This document shows positions 17,402 to 25,266 of a DNA stretch of 64,000 nt, one piece after another. The number at the start of each line of letters is the position of its first letter. Position 1 is the first letter of the stretch. Source of the DNA: Clostridia bacterium (lineage in GTDB: Bacteria > Bacillota > Clostridia > Saccharofermentanales > UBA5734); assembly GCA_040772725.1 (NCBI GenBank), contig JAXGXR010000002.1, forward strand, positions 411,570 through 475,569, read 5' to 3'. A program made the position numbers and the translations under genes. Below the pieces are notes generated by a model. That model was given only the letters and a program-made list of their open reading frames with translations, was not told where the DNA came from and did no database searches.

Positions 17402-18445
17402 ATGGCAGACCCGCCACGGGAACAACCGGACAAGACCGGCGAAAAGAAGCAGGAAGCAAAAACCGGCCGTCGCCGGCTTGGACGGATTGCCGAGGTGGTC
17501 AACCGTTCCTATGGGGAACGGGCTTCGCAGTCTGACGAAAAGGCTTCGGAAGAAGCGCTATTGCGGGCCCAGCTGCACCAGATCGCCGTGATCGCGTTCA
17601 TCGGGCCCAGTGGCACAGGCAAGAGCACGCGCGCCATCCTAGTGGCCCGCCAGAATAAAATCGGCTATATCATCGATGATGGTCTTCTGATCAATGGTGG
17701 CCGGATCGTGGCCGGCCTTTCGGCGAAAAAGGCCAGTTCAAGGCTGGAGTCTGTCCGCCAGGCACTTTTTGCCGATGAGACAAGGGCCGCCGTCATGCGC
17801 CGTGCCCTGGCAGAGCACCATCCAACCGCACTCATGATCCTGGGCACATCGGACGGCATGCTGGATAAAATCTGCCGAAATCTATGGCTCAACCCGCCAT
17901 CCATGCTGATCCGCATTGAGGACATCAGCTCTGAGGAGGAGATGCGCGAGGCCAAGAACACGCGCATGACCGAGGGCAAACACACCATCCCGGTCCCGAG
18001 CATGGAAATCAAGCACGAGTTCTCGGGCTATTTCTCGGACCCATTCTGGCGCCGGCTGAGGCGCCGCGACCGTTCCGTACCGCCGCACATCGAGGAAACC
18101 GAGCGTACCGTCGTCCGCCCGACATTTTCAGGATTAGGCTCCTACTCGATCTCGGACGAAGCGATGCGGGACATGGTCAGGATCATCCTGCGCCGGATCC
18201 GGGGTGTCGCGGAGCTGATTGATTTTCGGGCGGTAAAGGAAATCTATGGCGTCGTCATCGACCTGGAACTGTCTCTCGTTTATGGCTTCAAGGCGCAGAG
18301 CGTCCTTTCGGAAATCCAGGAGCGGGTCAGCCGGCAGATTGAAGAATATACATCCATTTACGTCATGGCCGTCAATGTACGGGCCAGGCGGGTCGTCCAC
18401 AATCCGCCAGCCGTGCGCGGCCAGCCACAGGAAGGTAAAACCTGA
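17402..18445 (+). CDS. fusion protein: P-loop NTPase-like N-domain + Asp23/Gls24-family C-domain
   Basis: Walker A GPSGTGKST and a possible Walker B (GYIIDDG) in the first half. The C-terminal ~110 aa (SISDEAMRDMVRIILRRIRGVAELIDF...VIDLELSLVYG...QERVSRQIEEYTSIYVMAVNVRARRV) is Asp23-like. GAGGGAAG RBS before ATG 17402. Confidence 0.6.
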   Translation: MADPPREQPDKTGEKKQEAKTGRRRLGRIAEVVNRSYGERASQSDEKASEEALLRAQLHQIAVIAFIGPSGTGKSTRAILVARQNKIGYIIDDGLLINGGRIVAGLSAKKASSRLESVRQALFADETRAAVMRRALAEHHPTALMILGTSDGMLDKICRNLWLNPPSMLIRIEDISSEEEMREAKNTRMTEGKHTIPVPSMEIKHEFSGYFSDPFWRRLRRRDRSVPPHIEETERTVVRPTFSGLGSYSISDEAMRDMVRIILRRIRGVAELIDFRAVKEIYGVVIDLELSLVYGFKAQSVLSEIQERVSRQIEEYTSIYVMAVNVRARRVVHNPPAVRGQPQEGKT

Positions 18446-18446
18446 C

Positions 18447-19031
18447 ATGAAGCGTGACAGAATCTTCAGCATGGCGCTCATCGCGCTGTTTACAGCGCTC
18501 ACGATCATCGGAACCCAGATCAGCATCCCGCTGCCGCTGGTCCCGATCACCTTGCAGACGATGTTCGTTCTATCAGCCGGCATGCTGCTGGGCGGACTGC
18601 GCGGCATGCTGTCGCAGTTGCTGTACGTGGCCATCGGCCTGATCGGGTTTCCGGTCTTCTCTCGCGGACAGGGTGGCATCCAGATGGTCTTCGCGATCAG
18701 TTTCGGCTACTTGCTCGGGTTCATCGTTGCCCCGCCGGTCATCAGCTGGGTCATCGACCGGTTTGAAAAAGTGAATTTCCTTTCCGTTCTGGCCGCCGGC
18801 CTGGCAGGGGCCGCGACCATCGACCTGGTCGGTATCGGATGGATCCTGCTGGTTTTCAACACCCTGACGGAAAGTCCGCTGGCCGCGGCTCGTGTTTTCT
18901 CGGCGATCCTGCTGCCAACGGTTCCGGGCGACCTTTTGAAAGCCGCTGTCCTGGCGCTTACGATTCCCTCGTTGCATCGCATGCTGTACAGTCAAAACCT
19001 GTTGCCCCATTTGAAAAACAGAAGGAAGTGA
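18447..19031 (+). CDS. bioY: biotin transporter BioY
   Basis: ALTIIGTQISIPLPLVPITLQTMFVLSAGMLLG...GFPVFSRGQGG is a typical BioY S-component. It starts 2 nt after the upstream stop. Confidence 0.9.
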   Translation: MKRDRIFSMALIALFTALTIIGTQISIPLPLVPITLQTMFVLSAGMLLGGLRGMLSQLLYVAIGLIGFPVFSRGQGGIQMVFAISFGYLLGFIVAPPVISWVIDRFEKVNFLSVLAAGLAGAATIDLVGIGWILLVFNTLTESPLAAARVFSAILLPTVPGDLLKAAVLALTIPSLHRMLYSQNLLPHLKNRRK

Positions 19032-19453
19032 TGGCGATGCCTGCTCCGATTGATGTTCCGGTCCTCGAAAATGCGATTCTGCCGCAGTCCGTGATGACCC
19101 GGCCGCACGACCCGGACCGGCGCCTACTGCTGGTCCTGCAGCATGACCGGCTCGGCCAGGTGGATCTGCCACAGGGTACGGTGCTGCTTGCGGGACTCGT
19201 CAGCCAGTTCATCGCACTGGAATCTTTGCCAGCCGCCATTATCCTGCAGGGAACCGCCGTCCGCCTGGCTGACCGGGACAATCCGGTCGCCCAACAACTG
19301 TCGCAGTTGATCGCGCTTCATGTCCCCGTGCTGGTCTGCCGGGAAAGCCTGATGGCACTCGGACTGGAAAACCACCTGACGGGCGCGCGCATGGCGACCC
19401 AGCGGGAAATCGCCGAGCAACTCATCAAGACCAGGCACATCATCTGGCTATAG
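19031..19453 (+). CDS. DsrE/YchN-like (sulfur-relay fold) family protein
   Basis: 140 aa. The layout ...LLLVLQHD...ILQGTAV...VPVLVCRESLMALGL...IIWL parallels DsrE/YchN proteins. The ATG overlaps the bioY TGA (GTGATGG). Confidence 0.45.
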   Translation: MAMPAPIDVPVLENAILPQSVMTRPHDPDRRLLLVLQHDRLGQVDLPQGTVLLAGLVSQFIALESLPAAIILQGTAVRLADRDNPVAQQLSQLIALHVPVLVCRESLMALGLENHLTGARMATQREIAEQLIKTRHIIWL

Positions 19454-19471
19454 AAAAATGATCCGAATGAA

Positions 19472-19834
19472 TTATGGCTGATCTTCATCCGACACTGACT
19501 GAGCATCGGTTTCCAGAGCGGATTCGGTTTCCAGGCGATTCAACTCTGCTTCCACGGATTTGAGCCGCTTTTCATTGACGATGAACGCCACGACCATCAG
19601 GACGGCGAACACAGCCATGAAAATCAGGAAATAGGGCGGCGCCGAGGCCTCCTTGTTGATTGTCCGGAATCCATCATACAGGATATACCCGCAGGCGACG
19701 GGAATGATGAACCGCAAATTGCGAAACCTTTTACGCCGAGCGTTGAGAAATTCGATCCTTTTGATTTCGTCCGCGTCCATACCATCACCGGGCACACGGC
19801 TTCCGGCCGGTGCCTGCCTTTCATTTGATGCCAC
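19472..19834 (-). CDS. hypothetical small membrane protein
   Basis: 120-aa ORF with two hydrophobic segments (FIIPVACGYILY, YFLIFMAVFAVLMVVAFIV) and an acidic tail. The start is uncertain (GTG 19834 or ATG 19780). Confidence 0.5.
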   Translation of the reverse strand: MASNERQAPAGSRVPGDGMDADEIKRIEFLNARRKRFRNLRFIIPVACGYILYDGFRTINKEASAPPYFLIFMAVFAVLMVVAFIVNEKRLKSVEAELNRLETESALETDAQSVSDEDQP

Positions 19835-20031
19835 GTGTCCAGGCTTCCAGATTTCCTGAAAACAGCCGGGTTTTCTTCGGATCGACTATAATGGAAGCAG
19901 ATCCGGTTCAGGTGATCCTATTTTATGCCTGGCACCTAGGCAATGCAAGTTCTGCCGGCGGACGCAGGCCCCTGTGCCCGGAACATGATGATGGCAGCCC
20001 GAGCAAGGGGCATTTGTGGAGGAGACAGAAC

Positions 20032-21165
20032 ATGAAGACACTCAACATCGCGATGATCGGGTATCGTTTCATGGGCAAAGCCCATAGTTTTGCTTTCGGC
20101 AACACACCCTTCTTCTTTGACCGTGACATCAACCCGGTCAAAAAAGTCATCTGCGGCCGTAACGAGCCCATGGTTCGCGACGCCGCCGGACAATTCGGCT
20201 GGGAGGCATACGAGACGGACTGGCGCAAGGTGGTCAACCGGCCGGACATTGACATCGTCGACATCGCGACACCGCCGGTCAACCATTGTGAAATCGCCCT
20301 CGCGGCCATCGCCAACGGCAAGCATGTCTTCTGCGAAAAACCGCTCGCCATGAACGCTGACGAAGCCCGTCGCATGCTTGACGCGGCAGAGCGGGCCGGC
20401 ATCGTCCACATGCTGGGGCATAATTATCGTCGGGTGCCCGCCATTGCCCATGCCCATGATCTGATTGCCCAGGGGGCGATCGGCGAGGTCCGCCAGTTCA
20501 GGGCCACCTATCTGCAGGATTGGCTGGTCGATCCCGATCACCCGATGGACTGGCACCTGGATGCTGCGGTCGCCGGTTCGGGACCGCATAGTGACCTGAA
20601 TGCCCATGTCATCGATCTGGCTCGCTGGCTGGTCGGTGAAATCACGGCCGTGGTCGGCCTGAAAGAGACCTTCATTTCACAGCGGCCCATGGAGCAGCTG
20701 GATGCGCAACCGATCATGATGGACGTCACTGTGGATGACGCGTCCCTTTTCCTGGCCCGCTTCGCGGGTGGGGCGATCGGCTCATTTGAAGCGACCCGCA
20801 TGGCCGGAGGCCGAAAAAACGCGCTTCGCTTCGAAATCAATGGCAGTCGCGGTTCCATTGCCTTTGACCTGGAACGCATGAATGAGCTGCTGTTCTGGAG
20901 CCTGGACGAACCGCTCGCCCTTCAGGGTTTCCGGACGATTCTCGTGACTGAAAAGGTCCACCCGTATCTGGCCAACTGGTGGCCGGCCGGACTGACCCTG
21001 GGCTATGAAAACGCCATCGTCAATGAGTTTGCCGACTACTTCCAATGCATATCACAGGGCAAGCCCTGCACACCCAATTTCCACGACGGCTGGCGCATCA
21101 GCCGCGTGCTCGACGCCGTATCCCGATCCTGGGACAGTGGCCACTGGGAGTCTTGCGATGATTGA
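20032..21165 (+). CDS. Gfo/Idh/MocA-family oxidoreductase
   Basis: MKTLNIAMIGYRFMGKAHS Rossmann start and the EKP motif (VFCEKPLA). GGAGGAG RBS before ATG 20032. Confidence 0.88.
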   Translation: MKTLNIAMIGYRFMGKAHSFAFGNTPFFFDRDINPVKKVICGRNEPMVRDAAGQFGWEAYETDWRKVVNRPDIDIVDIATPPVNHCEIALAAIANGKHVFCEKPLAMNADEARRMLDAAERAGIVHMLGHNYRRVPAIAHAHDLIAQGAIGEVRQFRATYLQDWLVDPDHPMDWHLDAAVAGSGPHSDLNAHVIDLARWLVGEITAVVGLKETFISQRPMEQLDAQPIMMDVTVDDASLFLARFAGGAIGSFEATRMAGGRKNALRFEINGSRGSIAFDLERMNELLFWSLDEPLALQGFRTILVTEKVHPYLANWWPAGLTLGYENAIVNEFADYFQCISQGKPCTPNFHDGWRISRVLDAVSRSWDSGHWESCDD

Positions 21166-21190
21166 CAAAAACGGCCTCGGATGATACGAT
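21162..21190 (+). promoter_or_regulatory. promoter for tRNA-Ser
   Basis: TTGACA (overlapping the upstream stop codon), a 17-nt spacer, then TACGAT, 22 nt before the tRNA 5-prime end. Confidence 0.5.
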
Positions 21191-21211
21191 CTTTTTTGCC
21201 GTGCGCACCGC

Positions 21212-21303
21212 GGAGAGATGGCTGAGCTGGTCTAAGGCGCACGACTGGAAATCGTGTGACGGCTAATACCCGTCCGAGAGTTCGAATCTCTCTCTCTCCG
21301 CCA
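21212..21303 (+). tRNA. tRNA-Ser (anticodon GGA), CCA encoded
   Basis: Acceptor stem GGAGAGA/TCTCTCC, anticodon loop CT-GGA-AA, long variable arm (class II), T-arm GAGAG-TTCGAAT-CTCTC, discriminator G and encoded CCA. Confidence 0.93.
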
Positions 21304-21306
21304 AAC

Positions 21307-21333
21307 AAGAAGCACTCGAAAGGGTGCTTTTTT
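21307..21333 (+). terminator. rho-independent terminator after tRNA-Ser
   Basis: AAGAAGCAC-tcgaaagg-GTGCTTTTTT. An extended stem includes the CCAAACAA / TTGTTTGG flanks. Confidence 0.7.
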
Positions 21334-21338
21334 GTTTG

Positions 21339-21462
21339 GCGGAGAGAGTTCTCTCACGCCAAAAAAGCATCGCGAAAGCGGTGCTTTTTTTACGGAGAGA
21401 GTTCTCTCAAGCAAAAAGCCTTGCAAAGGCGGGTCATATTGGATGTGCGGAGAGAGGGCCGA
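21339..21462 (+). repeat. tandem degenerate copies of the tRNA-Ser 3-prime end plus terminator
   Basis: CGGAGAGAGTTCTCTCACGCCAAAAAAGCATCGCGAAAGCGGTGCTTTTTTT, then CGGAGAGAGTTCTCTCAAGCAAAAAGCCTTGCAAAGGCGGG, then CGGAGAGAGGG. Each mimics ...GAGAGTTCGAATCTCTCTCTCTCCGCCAAACAAGAAGCAC..GTGCTTTTTT of the genuine tRNA end. Copy 1 contains a perfect GNRA-loop terminator (21366-21391). Confidence 0.7.
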
Positions 21463-21545
21463 TTGTTTGTGGCATATGACCATATTTTCGTGTATGATGG
21501 ATATCAAACCCATCATTCAATGACTGGCCACAGGGAGACACGAGC

Positions 21546-21941
21546 ATGAAAGCCTTGAAGCTGGACTATAAGTATTATCGCTATCCGGATGAATACCCGA
21601 GCCTGGAGCAGTTCGTCCAATTTGTCAATGAAGGCAACCGGATGCGCTTCATCCCGTTGCTTGAGTATCGGCAGGACCACTGCAAGGCACCCTTTTTCAT
21701 CAAGTCCGAGACCAATTTCAGTTATGTGAATACGAGTAGGATCGACACGATTCAGGAAGTGGAGATCACCGTTTTTTCAAAAGAAGAATACAAGCGCCGT
21801 CTCGAACTTGTCATCCAGGACCACTGCCTGGACTGCGCCTTATATCGCGAAGACAAATTCCTGGATGACGTGTTCTATTATGCGCAGACCATCAGCCTCG
21901 ACGCGGATTGCGCACTCAAGACGCCGATTGGAGACGTTTGA
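21546..21941 (+). CDS. hypothetical protein (131 aa, no recognisable family)
   Basis: AGGGAG RBS. Soluble and Tyr/Asp/Glu-rich, with recurring DHC / DxDC motifs (DHCKAP, DHCLDC, DADCAL). Confidence 0.6.
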   Translation: MKALKLDYKYYRYPDEYPSLEQFVQFVNEGNRMRFIPLLEYRQDHCKAPFFIKSETNFSYVNTSRIDTIQEVEITVFSKEEYKRRLELVIQDHCLDCALYREDKFLDDVFYYAQTISLDADCALKTPIGDV

Positions 21942-21970
21942 TCAACTCAGGTTGATCCATGAACGCTGAA

Positions 21971-22912
21971 TCACAGCCCTAGCATCCGTCGCATGACCGT
22001 CAGCCGATATGCCAGCACGCGCTGGACCAGCGGACTTTCGACATCCCGTTCAAAACCGTGATAGGCTCCCGTGATCACGTTCAGTTCGGTCGGGATGCCG
22101 GCCTGGCGAAGTTTTTCCGCATAGGCGATCGCCTCGTCCCGCAGGACATCGATCTCGGCCGGTTCGACATATGCCGGAGGCAAGCCGGAAAAATCGGTCC
22201 GATTCAAAGGTGCGGCGTCCTCTATCCGACCGGAATCGCCATTTTTCAGGTACAGATTCCACATGTGGCGATTGGCCGACCGGGACCAGAGGGCGTCCGG
22301 GTACTCGTCCACCGAGACATGCTGCATGGAATGGTCCGTTACCGGATAGATCAGCAACTGTCCGAGCGGCTTGACTTCAGCCCCCCGGTCGCGCAACAGG
22401 TGGGTGACACCGGCGACCAGGGCGCCTCCCGCGCTTTCACCATACAGGAGCAGTCTGTCCGGATCGATGCGATAATCCGTCGCGTGCGCAAGTATATGGA
22501 TCAGGGCTGAGTAGGCGTCCTCGAGCGGCGTTGGGAAAGGGTGATCCGGTACCAGACGGTAATCCGGGATGAAAATCCGGCAGGAAAGCTGACTGGCGAA
22601 CTCGGCCGCATGCCGCAGCATCATGTCCTGGACGGGAATGACAAAGGCGCCACCATGGTAATAGACCACGACGGGCAGATTCCGTTCATCCTGATCCGGC
22701 TCCAAGACATGGCAGGGGATGCGGTCGCCCTGCCAGCCCGGTATCCGGATCACCGATAGCCGTGTGCCGGGCGGGGCCTTGAACCGGTTGGCCAGGGCCC
22801 GCTGAACGGCGACGATCCGCTTCAGGACGCGCAAGGCGATCGGTTTTTCAAAATTGACCGCTCCGACACTGTATGGTTTCTTCAATTCCGTGCTGTAGGG
22901 ATAATCTGCCAT
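21971..22912 (-). CDS. alpha/beta hydrolase, hormone-sensitive-lipase-type esterase
   Basis: HGGAF oxyanion motif and the GESAGG nucleophile elbow. GGAG RBS. Confidence 0.88.
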   Translation of the reverse strand: MADYPYSTELKKPYSVGAVNFEKPIALRVLKRIVAVQRALANRFKAPPGTRLSVIRIPGWQGDRIPCHVLEPDQDERNLPVVVYYHGGAFVIPVQDMMLRHAAEFASQLSCRIFIPDYRLVPDHPFPTPLEDAYSALIHILAHATDYRIDPDRLLLYGESAGGALVAGVTHLLRDRGAEVKPLGQLLIYPVTDHSMQHVSVDEYPDALWSRSANRHMWNLYLKNGDSGRIEDAAPLNRTDFSGLPPAYVEPAEIDVLRDEAIAYAEKLRQAGIPTELNVITGAYHGFERDVESPLVQRVLAYRLTVMRRMLGL

Positions 22913-23114
22913 GGAAGACTCCTTGCGTCGTGATTTGAATCCTGTTTTTCTTGATTACCCCTATTCTATAGCAGGCGGTGATTTCACGCCATCCGGCGGT
23001 GGTTGCGTTTGCCATTGCGAATGGAGCCTGCTATCATGTTGCTCGAACGGGCCGGAGCAGCCGGGACAGACAAGCAATCCGGCCCTTGAAAGGTGTAGAC
23101 TGGAGCAACGACCG

Positions 23115-23834
23115 ATGGAGCCCGTGGCCAACCACAACATGTCATCCTGTAAGTGTGCGCTGAAAGCCGCATTCCCGCTTACACTGCCGGTGATGACCGG
23201 CTATCTTTTCCTTGGGACCGCTTATGGCATCATCATGGCCAGCAAAGGATACGGCCCGGTCTGGACCCTCCTGATGAGCCTTCTGGTCTTTGCCGGTTCA
23301 GCCCAATATGTGGCGGTCACATTCCTGACCGCGGCCTTCGATCCGCTCCGGGCCTTTCTTCTGACGCTGCTGGTCAACGCCCGGCACATTTTCTATGGCA
23401 TCGCCATGCTGGACAAATACCAGGGCGCACGGCGTTTCAGGCCCTACCTGATCTTCGGTCTGACGGACGAGACCTTCTCGATTGTCTGTTCAACCGAACC
23501 CCCCGAGGGAGTGGATCGCGACTGGTTCACCTTCTTCGTGACGCTGCTCGACCATGGCTATTGGATCACCGGATCCCTGACGGGCGCGTTTCTGGGTGCC
23601 GCGATCCCATTCAACACCCGTGGCCTGGACTTTGCCCTGACCGCGCTTTTTGTCGTGATTTTCATCAGTCAGTGGAAAAGCCGCCGGGATCACGCACCGG
23701 CGATCCTCGGGGTCGGAATGACAGTCGTCAGTTTACTGCTGTTCGGACCGGACCGGTTCATCATCCCGGCCATGGCGGCGATTGTCACGGTGCTGACGAT
23801 TTTTCAAAAGCGGATTGACGGGGCGGTGATGTGA
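23115..23834 (+). CDS. azlC: AzlC-family branched-chain amino acid exporter subunit
   Basis: FPLTLPVMTGYLFLGTAYGI...GSAQYV...LVNARHIFYG are typical AzlC motifs. The start is uncertain (ATG 23115 or 23139); the ORF-track N-extension from 22911 is unsupported. Confidence 0.8.
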   Translation: MEPVANHNMSSCKCALKAAFPLTLPVMTGYLFLGTAYGIIMASKGYGPVWTLLMSLLVFAGSAQYVAVTFLTAAFDPLRAFLLTLLVNARHIFYGIAMLDKYQGARRFRPYLIFGLTDETFSIVCSTEPPEGVDRDWFTFFVTLLDHGYWITGSLTGAFLGAAIPFNTRGLDFALTALFVVIFISQWKSRRDHAPAILGVGMTVVSLLLFGPDRFIIPAMAAIVTVLTIFQKRIDGAVM

Positions 23835-24169
23835 TGACGCTGACTCCGACCGAGACGCTTCTGACGATTCTGGCCGTGGCCGGCGCGACAATGGTCACGC
23901 GCTTCCTGCCGTTCCTGCTGCTGGCGCGGCGTGGCCAGAGCCGGCCGCTGGTGTCCTATCTGGGCCGTGTCCTCCCATTTGCGGCAGTCGGATTCCTGGT
24001 TGTCTATTGCCTCAAGGATGTGTCACTGACGGCAACCCCGCATGGTGTGCCTGAAGCGATCGCTATTCTGGTGATCGCCGGTCTCCATCTGTGGCGAAAC
24101 AATACCCTACTCAGTATCGGGGTTGGCACAGTCGTCTACATGCTGCTGGTGCAGACCGTTTTCGTGTGA
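23834..24169 (+). CDS. azlD: AzlD-family protein
   Basis: ~110-aa four-TM protein whose start overlaps the azlC stop. LTILAVAGATMVTRFLPFLL is typical of AzlD. Confidence 0.8.
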   Translation: MTLTPTETLLTILAVAGATMVTRFLPFLLLARRGQSRPLVSYLGRVLPFAAVGFLVVYCLKDVSLTATPHGVPEAIAILVIAGLHLWRNNTLLSIGVGTVVYMLLVQTVFV

Positions 24170-24266
24170 AGTCGTGCCCGGCTCGAGGTCCGTTTCATTT
24201 TTTTCATGAAGCCTTTATAATGGAAAGATAAAGTTGATCCACGTGACGAAAACAAGGAGGAAGACC

Positions 24267-25250
24267 ATGCAGCTGAACCTTTCGTCCGGCCTGTTCGCGC
24301 CGGAAAACAAGTTCAATCCTCTGGATGTCGAAAAACAGTATGACGTGATCATTATCGGCGGCGGCCCGAGTGGCTTGACGGCTGCGGTCTACTGCATGCG
24401 CAAAGGTCTTGCCACCGGCCTGGTCTCGATTCAGGTCGGCGGTCAGATGGCGGACACGGCCGGCATCGAAAACTATCTGGGGTATCGTTACATCAACGGA
24501 ACCGAACTGATAGACAAATTTCGCGAACAGGTGGCGCAATTTGGCATTGACTTCGAAACCAAGGCCCATGTCCAGTCGATCGAGGATGGCGATGTCAAAA
24601 AAGTCATTCTCGAGGACGGACGGTCCTTCCGCACCCGAACCCTGATCATCGCGTCCGGCAAGCAGTACAAGAAGCTGGGCGTTCCCGGCGAGGTCGAACT
24701 GACCGGGCATGGTGTCGCCTACTGCGCGATCTGCGATGCACCGCTTTATGTCGACAAGCGGGTCGTGGTGTCCGGCGGCGGCAATTCCGGCGTGGCCGCG
24801 GCAATCGACCTGGCCAAGGTGGCCACCCATGTGACGCTGGTCCAGCGGCGTGACCGCCTTATGGCCGACCAGCTGCTGATTGACAAGCTCAAGGCGTATG
24901 AAAATGTCGATTACCTGCTGGAACATCTCGTCACCGAGATTCACGGAACCAATCAGGTGACCGGCGTGACGATCCTCAACCGCAAGACGGGTGAACACAT
25001 CGAAGTGGAGACGGACGGCATCTTTGTCGAGATCGGGCTGATTCCCAACAGCGGTTTTGCCAAGGGCGTCGTCGAGGTGAATGAATACCAGGAGATCCTG
25101 GTCGACTGCCACTGCCGCACCAGCGCGCCCGGCATTTTCGCCGCCGGGGATGTGACATCTGTCCCCTACAAGCAGATCATCATTGCTTGCGGTGAAGGCG
25201 CCAAGGCAGCCCTCTCGGCAAATGACCATATACTGAATCAGACAGATTGA
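24267..25250 (+). CDS. thioredoxin-reductase-like / AhpF C-terminal-like FAD-dependent disulfide reductase
   Basis: YDVIIIGGGPSGLTAAVY, a CAICDAPLY redox motif, SGGGNSGVAAAIDLA and AAGDVT. AAGGAGG RBS before ATG 24267. Confidence 0.85.
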   Translation: MQLNLSSGLFAPENKFNPLDVEKQYDVIIIGGGPSGLTAAVYCMRKGLATGLVSIQVGGQMADTAGIENYLGYRYINGTELIDKFREQVAQFGIDFETKAHVQSIEDGDVKKVILEDGRSFRTRTLIIASGKQYKKLGVPGEVELTGHGVAYCAICDAPLYVDKRVVVSGGGNSGVAAAIDLAKVATHVTLVQRRDRLMADQLLIDKLKAYENVDYLLEHLVTEIHGTNQVTGVTILNRKTGEHIEVETDGIFVEIGLIPNSGFAKGVVEVNEYQEILVDCHCRTSAPGIFAAGDVTSVPYKQIIIACGEGAKAALSANDHILNQTD

Positions 25251-25266
25251 AAGGAAGTGAAGAACC

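Noticed and set aside
21232-21549. ORFs of 63-97 aa covering the tRNA-Ser gene and the repeat/terminator array (21232..21516 -, 21256..21549 +, 21332..21523 +, 21036..21308 -).
   Set aside because: They overlap a bona fide tRNA and tandem terminator hairpins, have no RBS, and their translations are repeat-driven.
21304-24169. Possible integrated genomic island downstream of tRNA-Ser.
   Set aside because: There is no integrase, excisionase or mobility gene, and no distal direct repeat of the tRNA end beyond the local tandem copies. The downstream genes (esterase, azlCD) have host-like composition. Only the scar-like repeats are reported.
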